Source: Octopus vulgaris (Eukaryota). From it: a stretch of DNA of 64,000 bases. The translations under genes and the position numbers were made by a program. The DNA lies in the NCBI GenBank assembly GCA_951406725.2, contig OX597837.1, positions 22,196,001-22,260,000 on the forward strand. Direction: 5' to 3'. Under the pieces are notes generated by a model. The model was not told the origin of the DNA. It was given only the letters and a program-made list of their open reading frames with translations, and did no database searches. The stretch's first letter is position 1; each line of letters starts with the position of its first letter. Positions 52,912 to 64,000 of this stretch are shown here, one piece after another.

Positions 52912-54775
52912 TCTGACTGTTCTCCTTTGTTTTTGTACAGTGTAATGATGACAGCATCATGGAGATCTTGTGGCAGCTTGCCCTCTTCTCAGCATGCAGT
53001 GAGTGGCTCATGGAATTTAGCATGTATGACAGAACCCTCATGCTTCCATATCTCTGGTGGTATGCCATCGACTTCTGCTGCATTTCTACTCTTTAGCTGG
53101 CCTGTGGCAACTGCGGTCTCTTCCAGGGTTGGAGGCTCATCTAATTCCATTCTGACTGGTTGCTACTGGACGTGGAGGATTGCATTTTTCCTGGACAACT
53201 CAGCTTGCATTGAAAAGGGCCTGAAAGTATGCAGGCTAGCGGTTGAGGATGGATGTTGTGTCTGTGAGAAGTGCCTGACCATCTGAGCTGTGTGAGGGGT
53301 TCCAGACTTGATGTGTTGGGCTATAAACTGCCTTGAGAGTTTTGTAGAACATAACCCCCTGTAGTCACCAGGGTCAGTGCACAGCTGGGTTCTCTGTGCA
53401 AGGTTGGTCTCCCACTCATTCTGAACTTCATAGGGTTTGCACTGCAGAAAGCCGCTTTCTTCTCTGGACAGGGCAATTGTGCCAGGTATGCTTGGTGGGC
53501 AGACCTCTTCTTCTTTAATAATTCCTGGATCAGAACATCATTTCTGTCAAACCAATCCTTGTTCTTTTTCTTCAAGGATTTCTGCAGAGGTCTGTAGGAT
53601 GGTGGTTTTCAGTTGTTCCCATAGGATTTCTGAAGAGGGATCTGAGGAGCAATTGGATTGATCAAGCTTTGCCTGTAGGCCTGCCTGGAAGTTTACTTTC
53701 ACTTCGTTTAGCTGCTGACCACTAGTTTTGATTTTCTTGTTGTTGACCGGTCCTCTCTGTTTTGTTGGTTTGGGCTTGAAGTGGGGTTTGAATTTGCAAC
53801 AGACCAGGCGATGGTCAGCATGGCATTCTACACTTGGCTTCACTCTAGTGCGCATGACGTCAGACTGGTCACAGCACACTAGGATGTAGTCTAGTTGATA
53901 CCAGTGTTTTGATTGGAGAGGCATCTAGGTTGTTTTCAGATTGTCTCTTTGCTGGAAGATTGTACTGGTGATAATGAGCTGATGTTTGGTGCAAAACTCA
54001 AGCAAGAGTCACCCGTTGTCATTGGTGTTCCCAACCCCATGCTTTCCAAGGACTCCTTTCCAGGTTTCTGAATCTCGGCCCACTCTGACATTGAACTCTA
54101 GGATTATGACCATATCATTGGTGGAGGTTCCCTGGAGGAATCTGCACAGGTCTGAATAGAACTTGTCCTTGTCTACTGGATCTGCTTGTGGGGTTGGGGA
54201 GTAAATACTGAAGACCGTGGAATGCTGCTTGTTTTTCAGAGGGAAGCACATGGAGATGATGCAGTCAGAATGACCATCTGGTAGGGTTTCCAGCTTTGAG
54301 ACAATGGAGTTTCTTATCATGAAACAAACACCTGAAAGGCGTCTTTCTGATGGCGGTTTGCCTGACCAATATAGGGTGTATCCAGCACCATGTTCTTTCA
54401 ATCTGCCTTCCTTTGGGAGCTGGACTTCACTAAAGGCTGAGATGTCAATATCTAGCCTGGACAGTTCATGTGCAATGAGAGCGGATTGGCATTCTGGATG
54501 ACCTCTGTCACCTGAGTCAAGAATGGTTCTGATATTTCGACGTGCGATCTTCAAACCCTTGACAACATTTGGAGGGTGTGTGGAGCCTTTCCTGTTTGTA
54601 ATTGTGCATATTCAACCCCTTGAAGATCCCCGTTGGCTGCGGTTTGCCGTGTGTGTAGGAGACGAGCTTTCTCTAGGCCACCTTTTCTAGTACCCTTTCC
54701 ATGTGGAGCAAGCGGTGCTCTCCCTAGATAAGGCTGCTTGGTCATTCAGGATGTTGCTGAATGGCATTGTTGTCT
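52912..54775 (-). mobile_element. RTE-BovB-like LINE 5' half (APE endonuclease), decayed, lacking 3' end
   Basis: NIRTILD..SALIAHELSRLDIDI.AFSE..GYTLYWSG..FNVRVGRD..NDNG..LDYILV..DHRLV; stops and deletions. Confidence 0.9.
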
Positions 54776-54869
54776 CATGAATAAATGCATACATTTGGAT
54801 GTATGTATCAACAGGTCAACTGACACACCAACTCAACTACATATTTACAAAGACCAGGAACTCTCTTAA

Positions 54870-55090
54870 CCCTTTCGTTACTGTATTTATTTTGAGATAC
54901 TCTGTGTTTTTTTCAATTGCTTTAAATATAACAAAGAATTTAGTAAAATAACTAAGTTATCATTAAGCTAGTGTTAGGAACATAAATTGTGACAAAGGTT
55001 TGGTAGAAGATTTCAATTCAAAAGTTATGAAAATAAGACATTTAAACTACAGAGCCAGAGCCGGTTTCAGCCAGGTTGGTAACGAAAGGG
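54870..55090. mobile_element. piggyBac-type MITE (221 bp), second copy
   Basis: TTAA-CCCTTTCGTTAC...GTAACGAAAGGG-TTAA. Confidence 0.9.
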
Positions 55091-55292
55091 TTAAGTCAAA
55101 TAGTCTTGTTGCTTTGTTAACAACTGGCTTGAACTTTCTCAAGAAGACCTTAAATAGAACTCAAAGAAAAATCATTCATTCATACATACATACATACATG
55201 TGTGTGTGTGTGTGTGCGCGCGTGCGTGTGTGTGTGTGTGTGCATGTGTGTGTATGCGTGCACGTGGTTGAACTGTAAAAGGAATCAAGATA

Positions 55293-56402
55293 CACATGGT
55301 CTGATCAATAAGTATCCGGACTGTTGCTATAGTAACGAAGCTAAAGCATGCAGAGTGAAGCCGCTTGGTACAGATTGACCTTGAACTCTGCTGTGCATGT
55401 GCACTAAGTTTTGACATCCTAGTTCGCTTCTGCTGTTTGCAGCAGTGGTTGAAAGAAGCTGTATAGCATGTGGCGGCGAGCTGGCAGAAACGTTAGCACG
55501 CCGGGCGAAATGCGTAGCCGTATTTCGTCTGCCGTTATGTTCTGAGTTCAAATTCTGCCGAGGTCGACTTTGCCTTTCATTCTTTCGGGGTCGATAAATG
55601 AAGTACCAGTTGCACACTGGGGTCGATGTAATCAACTTAATCCGTTTGTATGTCCTTGTTTGTCCTCTCTGTGTTTAGCCCCCTTGTGGGTAGTAAAGAA
55701 ATATGTATAGCATGTGATCGTCATATTGACCATGACAGAAAGTTGTCATGGTAATTCCTGCTCAGAGGCATATCCAAAGTTGCAGAAAGTGTATGGAGAA
55801 GAGTGTATGAGCTGCACACAAGTGTACAAGTGGTTCAGACGTTTGGGCAAAAAAATGTCAATATTGACAAATGTTTTGGGAGCCCCGCAACCAGCAGAAC
55901 TGAGAAAGATATCGCAGATGTGTGTGAGGGGAAATCATCAAATCACCATCTGTGAGTTATCAGAGGATGTGCAGATTAGTTACAGTTCAGTTCAGTCCAT
56001 TATCACCGAAGATGTGTCTGCCAAGTTTGTGCCAAAACTGCTTTCAGCTGACCAAAAAGACACTCAAGTTCTAAACATACAAGATCTTCTTGATTGTATT
56101 GAGAATGATGAAAACTTCTTGAAAACTTTACATACACCTCTAAGCAGGTATCACCAAGCTTTTGGCAAAATTTGATGCAGATTCTCTGCTGAACTTTCTC
56201 TGTCATGGTCAATGTGATGATCACATGCTACACACCTTCCTTCCAAGCACTGCTGTAAAAAGTGGAAGTGAACTACAATGTTAAAACTTAGTGCGCATGC
56301 ACAACAGAGTTCAGAGTCAATCTATGCCAAGTGGCTTCGCTCTGCGTGTTTTAGATTTGTTACTATAGAAACAGTCTGGATACTTATTGATTAGGCTACG
56401 TG
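55293..56402. mobile_element. Palindromic mariner derivative (two 5' ends) with a family B SINE at 55472-55703
   Basis: Long arms GGTCTGATCAATAAGTATCCGGACTGTT.. / ..AACAGTCTGGATACTTATTGATTAG; transposase start MTE(K) on both strands; SINE TSD TGTATAGCATGTG. Confidence 0.85.
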
Positions 56403-56487
56403 CAATAAAAAATAATACACAATATACCTTAATACAGTTTCTACTTAGTAAATTTACTCAGGCCGTAAACACATTGTACTCAGATAG

Positions 56488-56805
<318 letters not shown>

Positions 56806-56999
56806 TAATGTACCTGATGGTATATGTCTCTTTGCTGGAAGATGGTACTGGTGATAATGAGCTGATGTTTGGTGCAAACCTTGTTTATTTTTATTACTTT
56901 TTTTACATCTCTGCTTTCCATTAAACTATCATTTGTCTCTGAATATTTTAAAACATTAAACTGTAAATAAAAATACCTTTAAAATTTTCTAAATTTCAG

Positions 57000-57161
57000 A
57001 ACTATTATGGAGCTGCAAAAGCTATACTTTCAGACAATCCTCTTGGCCTCACATGTGGAATGGTATGTCCTACCAGTGACCTTTGTGTGGGAGGCTGTAA
57101 TTTGGCTGCTGTTGAAGAAGGACCCATCAACATTGGTGGTTTGCAACAGTTTGCTGTTGAG
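57000..57161 (+). CDS. DPYD: DPYD exon 5 ([35 protein letters not shown]...[12 protein letters not shown])
   Basis: CAG/GTAAAT, 162 nt; Fe-S Cys residues and the GLQQF Gln-ligand motif are conserved. Confidence 0.97.
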
Positions 57162-57199
57162 GTAAATTAAACATTTTTACTCTGGAATTCTCCATACTA

Positions 57200-58005
57200 A
57201 GTGTCAATACCACCTTCATTGTCATCACTACCACCATCTACATTGTCGTCAGCATCATCACCACTATCTCTTTCATTATCATCATCATCACCACCACTTC
57301 TGTCATCACCACCACCTCTTATTACAATCATCACCACTTCCATTGTCGTCATCACTCCTGCTTCTGTTCTCATCACCCCTACCTCTGTCATCATCATCAC
57401 CCCTGCCTCTCTCATCATTATCACCACCACCTCTGTCGTTGTCATCACCACCACCTCTGTTGTTGTCATCACCACCACTCTGTTATTGGCATCACCATCA
57501 CCTGTCATCACCACCACCTCTGTCGTTGTCATTATCACCACCTCCGTTGTTGTCATCACCGCCACTCTGTCGTCGTCATCACCATCACCTCTGTCGTCGT
57601 CATCACCACTACCTCTGTCGTCGTCATCACCATCACCTCTGTCGTCGTCATCACCATCACCTCTGTCGTCGTCATCACCATCACCTCTGTCGTTGTCATC
57701 ACCACTACCTCTGTCGTCGTCGTCATCACCACTACCTCTGTTGTCGTCGTCATCACCACCACCTCTGTCGTTGTCATCACTGCAACCTCTTTCGTCGTCA
57801 TCACCATCACCTCTGTCGTCGTCATCACCACCACCTCTGTCGTTGTCATCACCACTACCTCTGTCGTCGTCGTCATCACCACTACCTCTGTTGTCGTCGT
57901 CATCACCATCACCTCTGTCGTTGTCATCACTGCAACCTCTTTCGTCATCATCACCACCACCTCTGTCATTGTCATCACTGCCCTCGTCATCACCAACACT
58001 GCCTC
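57200..58005. repeat. Trinucleotide-derived minisatellite (24-27-bp CCTCTGTCGTCGTCATCACCA.. units) in intron 5
   Basis: Direct reading; higher-order duplication in the distal half. Confidence 0.92.
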
Positions 58006-58864
58006 TTCCCACATTCTAAAACTAAAGTTATATCATTTAAATATTGAAACTGCAAGATAATGCCTGATTAATTAAAACCAAAGTAAATATATAAGCATTT
58101 CATTTGGCAGAATAATCTGAATGCTAAATGGTTAACACAATATCCATTTCCAAGTGGGAATAAATATTACCTTTTCATTTTTTGCTTCATTTTGTACTAT
58201 TTGTTTTAAATTAAGGGTATGAAATGACCCCTGGGTTTTCATTCCTAAGGTATTTTAAGAGCGCGGGCTACTAACCCCATGATTCCGAGTTCGATTCCAG
58301 GCAGTGACCTCACAGAGGAAATGACGAAAGACTGAGACCTGAGATATGCTGAAGTGAGTTCATGGCTTGCAGGACGGCCTGCTGTGCTAACCTTGGATCA
58401 TAGAGTGACCCGCTGTGCTTGAAGAGACCTGTTGAGTCAAGTATATCAACATCAACATCAAAATAAAAATCAAATGGAAATTGTAGTTATGATATCCGTG
58501 TCGGTAACACGTAAAAAGCACCAACTGATCATAGCCATTTGACAGCCTCCTCTGTGGCACGTAAAAAGCACCCATTACACTCATGGAGTGGTTGGCGTTA
58601 GGAAGGGCATCCAGCTGTAGAAACACTGCCAAATTAGACTGGAGCCTGGTGCAGCCTCCTGGCTTCCCAGACCCCAGTCGAACCGTCCAACCCATGCTAG
58701 CATGGAAAACGGACGTTAAACGATGACGGCGATGGCGACGACGACGACTTATTGATATTCAGTCCTTCATCTTAACCTTTAATATTGATCTTACCTCATT
58801 TATTGTGTCACAAAATATATTTTCTTATTATTTATTTTCTTTTTTGTTGTTTTTTTCCCCTCAG

Positions 58865-59061
58865 GTCTTTAAACAGATGAAGATCCCTCAAATTCGTGAT
58901 CCCAGTTTGCCACCACTTGAGAATCTCCCAAACAGCTATCGGGCCAAAATAGCCCTGTTGGGTTGTGGGCCTGCCAGTATTAGCTGTGCCACTTTCCTGG
59001 CTCGCCTTGGTTATTCAGACATAACTATTTTTGAAAAGAACAAGTATGTTGGAGGTCTCAG
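58865..59061 (+). CDS. DPYD: DPYD exon 6 ([13 protein letters not shown]...[38 protein letters not shown])
   Basis: CAG/GTAAAT, 197 nt; FAD-binding GxGPAS motif. Confidence 0.97.
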
Positions 59062-59081
59062 GTAAATTATTAATTTTCTTG

Positions 59082-59480
59082 ATCACAGTGATATTTTAGG
59101 GATCTCTAGAATCACAGGGATGTTTTAGCGATCTCTAAAATCACAGGGACATTTTATGGATCTGTGGAATCATGGAGGAATTTGGGGGATGTCTAAAATC
59201 ACGGAAACATTTTAGGGATCTGTAGAATCACAGGGGTGTTTGGGGATGTTTAGAATCACAGGGACGTTTTAGGGATCTATAGAATCACAAACATTTTAGG
59301 GATCTGTAGAATCACCAGGGTGTTTTTGGGATGTCTAGAATCACAGGGACGTTTTAGGAATCTATAGAATCACAGAAACATTTTAGGGATCTGTAGAATC
59401 ACAGGGGTGTTTGGGGGATGTCTAGAATTTTAGGAACATTTTAGGGATCTCTAGAATCACAGAGATGTTTTAGAGATCTA
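59082..59480. repeat. ~29-bp minisatellite (GGGATCTNTAGAATCACAGGGAC.TTTTA), about 14 units, intron 6
   Basis: Direct reading; begins ~20 nt after the exon 6 donor. Confidence 0.9.
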
Positions 59481-60165
59481 TGCTTCCTATTATTCAGGGT
59501 GCAGGCATTGCTGGTCAATTAAGAATTTTGCTTTGTAATCATCAAATACTGGATTCAGTCTCTTTGTGTGGTACCTTGGCAAGTGTCTTCAATCATAGTT
59601 TTGAGATGCTTCAAACTGTGTAAGTGAAACTGGGCAGATGGAAACTGTGCTGAAGCCTGTGTCAGATGGACTTTATGATTTAAAAGACCAGCTTTGTCAC
59701 ATATACTGTCACGGCAAAGCTACCTGAGTAATACAAGTGTCTGTATTTGTAGGGGTCTTTACCCTATTTATATACACGCACACATATTGTGGCACTCCAT
59801 CAGTTACGACGATGAGGGTTTCATTTGATTCAATCAATGGAACAACCTGCTCGTGAAATTAATGTGCAAGTGGCTGAGTACTCCACAGACACGTGTACTC
59901 TTAACATAGTTCTCGGGGACGTTCAGTGTGACACAGTGTGTGACAAGGCTGGCCTTTTGAAATACAGGTACAACAGAAACAGGAAGAAAGAGTGAGAGAA
60001 AGTTGTGGTAAAAGAGTACAGCAGGGTTCACCACTACCCCTTGCCAGAGCCTCTGGAGCTTTAGGTGTTTCTGCTCAATAAACACTCACAACGCCTGGTC
60101 TGGGAATCGAAACTGTGATCCTACAAATGCAAGTCCACTGCCCTAACCACTAGGCCATTGCACCT

Positions 60166-60211
<46 letters not shown>

Positions 60212-60456
60212 GTATAAAAAGCAAAAATATTAGTTCTTAAATCTCTCTAGGAGATCAATGAAGTAGTTGTACTGACAAGTAATATTTGTAGACACTTTAA
60301 CATGGCTGTCCATTCAAGCAGATTATACTGCAATTTTTTAATCTCATGAGGACATCTCCTCTAGCTGGTTAACAATGCACAGCTGCATCCGGTAAAGTCA
60401 ATTACATTGACCCCAGTACACAACTGATACTTTATTTTATCAACCTTGAAAAGAAG

Positions 60457-60560
60457 TTGTCACAGTTCTAGGACAGCACTCTTCACCCTATGAGATGACA
60501 TCTGGTGTACCACAGGGATCTGTTCTTGGCTCCCTTTTATTTGTTGCATATTTTAATGAC
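60457..60560 (+). mobile_element. CR1/L2-type RT micro-fragment
   Basis: TSGVPQGSVLGSLLFVAYFND. Confidence 0.7.
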
Positions 60561-61001
60561 ACCACATTATAATTGTAAATGGGCATCATCATCATCAAAC
60601 AAGTGAAATTGTTCATGTTCAGTCCTCTGTGGGAAACATAGACCATAGGAAAATGCTATCTTGTTTGGAAACAGGTGAGGGTTGGTGACAGAAAGGGTAT
60701 CCAGCTGTAGAAAAATCAACCTCTACAAATACCATTTGAACCAATCATGCATGGAAAAATGGATGTTAAATGAGGACGATTAGAATTTGCCAAAGTCAAC
60801 CTTACTTTTCATTATAGGGTCAATAAAAGAAGTACCAGTTGAACACTGGGGTTGATATAATCAACTTAACTCCTCCCCTGAATTTGCTGGCCTTGTGCAA
60901 AAATTTGAAACCATTGTTGTTGTTGCTGCTGCTGTTCTTGCTGATTCTTGACTCATGAAAGAGAGTGCTTGATGCTAACCAAATTTCTGTTTCTCTTCAA
61001 G

Positions 61002-61083
61002 TTCTTCAGAGATTCCAGAGTTCCGTTTGCCCTATGATGTTGTTGATTTTGAGATTCAACTCATGAAAGATCTTGGGGTCAAG
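61002..61083 (+). CDS. DPYD: DPYD exon 7 ([27 protein letters not shown])
   Basis: AAG acceptor, GTGAG donor, 82 nt, phase-compatible with exons 6 and 8. Confidence 0.95.
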
Positions 61084-61999
61084 GTGAGCCTTTTTTTCCC
61101 ATTTGTTTATTCTTTTTATTCTTTTACTCTTTTACTTGTGCCAGTCATTTGACTGTGGCTATGCTGGAGCACCGCCTTCAAGGATCTTAGTTGAAAAAAT
61201 TGACCCCAGGACTTGTTTTTAATTATTCTTTTTTAATCCTAGTACTTATTCTGTCGGTCTCTTTTGCCAAACTGTTAAGTTACGGGAATAGAAACACACC
61301 AACACTGGTTGTCAAGCAGTAATGGGAGGACAGACAGATACACACACACACACACACACACACATACATATGTATGACGGGCTTCCTTCAGTTTCTGTCT
61401 ACCAAATCCACTGACAATGCTTTGGTCAGTTCAAGGCTATAATAGAAGACACTTACCCAAGGTACCATGCAGTGGTACGGAACCCAGAACCATGTGGCTA
61501 GGAAGCAAGCTTCTTACCACACAGCCACACCTGTTTGTCTTATCTTTTGCATTATTTATTTTCTTCATCTTTGATACATTCTCATGCAACTATATCTTTC
61601 TTTCTCTTTGTCTCTTTCATCCTTTCTTTCTCTCACTCACCTCTTCCTGTCCCTCCCATTTTTCTCTATCTCCTTTCTATCTCCCATCTATCTCTTTCCA
61701 TCTCTTTTCTTTATTTCCTTTTTTTTTATTTCTTCCCCTTCTCCACCTTCATCTATCTCCTGTCTTTCTGTTTTTTTTTCTTATTTCATCTTCCCAGTTT
61801 GTCAGGTTTTTTTGTTTTCCTTTTTTGTCCTTTTTCATTCCTTTAGGTTTCATCCCTCCTTCTTTCCTTTCTTTGCTTCTTTCTGCCTCACTCTTTCCTT
61901 CTCTCCATTCACCTGTCTCCCTTTATTACACTTATACCCACCACCACCACCACCATTACCCTAACAGACTCTGTTTTTTATTCATCTTTTATTTTTCAG

Positions 62000-62087
62000 G
62001 TCCAACTTGGACAAGCTCTCTCAGAATCACAGTTAACTATTTCTAAATTGAGGAAAGATGGTTATGCGGCAATTTTTATTGGAATCG
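62000..62087 (+). CDS. DPYD: DPYD exon 8 (VQLGQALSESQLTISKLRKDGYAAIFIGI-G)
   Basis: CAG/GTAAAT, 88 nt; GYxAxFIGIG motif. Confidence 0.93.
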
Positions 62088-62124
62088 GTAAATTCTCTAG
62101 TTCTTTCTTGCTTGCTTGCTCTCA

Positions 62125-62155
<31 letters not shown>

Positions 62156-62253
62156 ATTCTATATATATATATATATACAATACACACACATACATATCAT
62201 ATATATATATATATAATACACACACACACACACACACACACACAATATATATA

Positions 62254-62292
<39 letters not shown>

Positions 62293-62310
62293 AATATATA
62301 TACATATAAT

Positions 62311-62361
<51 letters not shown>

Positions 62362-62366
62362 TACAT

Positions 62367-62451
<85 letters not shown>

Positions 62452-62676
62452 TATATATATCATATATATATGTGTGTGTGTGTGTGTGTGTATCATTGGC
62501 GATTTTCTTTCTCCGTCTTCCCTTCCTTGGACCTTTCAATTTTCTATGTTTCTGATGAAGACCTCCACTCGAAACATTAAATCCTCCTTCTTTCTTTCCT
62601 TTCCTGAGCGTCCAATAACACTATTCTTGTTCTACGTCCTCGCATTGTTGTGTTTTCTCTATGTTCATGTTTGGAT

Positions 62677-62780
<104 letters not shown>

Positions 62781-62828
62781 CACACACACACATATATATA
62801 TACACACACATATATATATATACACATA

Positions 62829-62886
<58 letters not shown>

Positions 62887-63016
62887 CACACACATACTGA
62901 TGGGATATCAACTGTAATACTTCTCCCATATTTTGATGTGATGTTGTTGATTCTTCTTCCCAAAATGTCCTGGAATGTTCCCATTACTGACTCCCGGTGT
63001 CTCTTGTCTCAAACAG

Positions 63017-63124
63017 GTTTACCAGATCCTCGGAAATCAGGAGTATTTGCCAACATGACTGAAGAAAAAGGCTTCTATACTTCAAAAAGTTTTCTGCCTA
63101 AAGTGGCCCTGGCTTCTAAAGCAG
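63017..63124 (+). CDS. DPYD: DPYD exon 9 (LPDPRKSGVFANMTEEKGFYTSKSFLPKVALASKA)
   Basis: CAG/GTAAGT, 108 nt; GFYTSKxFLPxVAxxSKA motif. Confidence 0.95.
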
Positions 63125-63992
63125 GTAAGTGATGAAGATTGTAGGGGTGTTGGAAGTAGTAACAGCTGGAGTATGGGTTGGGTTTAGGATAGAACTTTGA
63201 AGTAAACAGTCACCATTGGTAATAGATATTATTTTCATTTAATAATGAGTATTGAGTCCTTTATTCAGTGCATATTTAGTATCCTTCAGGACACAAACTT
63301 TTAAAGCTACTAATAATATATTACTATAATGAAGAAAGCTGCTTATTAATTAGTTTGGTATGTGTAACTTTTATTAAAAGAAAGCAATTATTTAAGTCTA
63401 CCCTCTCTAGAAAATTCTTATAAATTCCAGTTTTGATATAGTTTTCATTTTTTTTGTGACTGATTTCAAGTATATGCTTCAATCACAAAAATAATTTTTA
63501 TTTACTGTAATGTTTTAATTCACTGCAAGATAAAATCTTACACTGTGAGATAAAGTTTTTTTAGCATTTCTGCTTATATTTCTAGAAATATCTAGGTTGC
63601 CCAAATATTTGCAATGTTACTTTCTACAAATTCTAATTTAAATCCAGCATCAACCAAATAATGATGATTCTAGTATCCTTTCATCTTTGTTGGTTGCAGT
63701 TGCAAACATAGAATGCTAAATAAGAAAACTGGTTTTTAATTTACTTATGTCAATTGGGTAATAACTACGGAAGGTGTCCCACCAACTTTCTTTCTTCATA
63801 ACTTTCTGGAAAGGAAATTTTCTACAAATACATTTCAGTTGGTGTAGGTTACAATTATAGTGGAATTTGTGAGAAACTTTTTCAGAGGTGAGGAAATGGT
63901 GCTTTAGATAATTCATACACTTCAATTTGTTTCCTCTTAACCTTCAGAAAAATAGGTATTTATTAATGAAATTTTCTACAACTACCTTTCAG

Positions 63993-64000
63993 ATGGTGTA
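63993..64000 (+). CDS. DPYD: Possible start of DPYD exon 10 (cut by the window end)
   Basis: CCTTTCAG acceptor-like site; would read D-G-V after KA. Only 8 nt are visible and they differ from vertebrate GMC. Confidence 0.3.

Noticed and set aside
57197-58047. Long ORFs (270 aa, Ser/Pro/Asp/Gly-rich) on both strands
   Set aside because: Stop-free by-product of a triplet-based minisatellite inside DPYD intron 5.

Overview
AT-rich, microsatellite- and transposon-dense eukaryotic DNA. The SINE/LINE families point to an Octopus (cephalopod) genome; this is recognition from memory, not a database result. The only host gene I can support is dihydropyrimidine dehydrogenase (DPYD) on the + strand: coding exons 1-9 from 25972 to 63124, all with GT-AG introns and exon 2-9 lengths equal to those I recall for human DPYD. 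The gene runs off the window end. The first ~26 kb and the introns are a nested graveyard of mobile elements: three tRNA-like SINE families (one forming head-less tandem multimers), RTE, R4/Dong, Tx1/L1 and CR1 LINE pieces, mariner, Tigger/pogo, Merlin, piggyBac-type and Helitron-like elements, and a candidate solo LTR. Most notable: (1) short Penelope-like remnants carrying minimal hammerhead-ribozyme motifs in three covariant core forms; (2) a twin-priming-like 5' inversion in an RTE LINE; (3) SINE concatemers bounded by a single TSD; (4) short local templated copies of one LINE segment. I see no CRISPR array, rRNA or genuine tRNA, and no clearly new multi-gene system. Most ORFs in the track are microsatellite or SINE artefacts.
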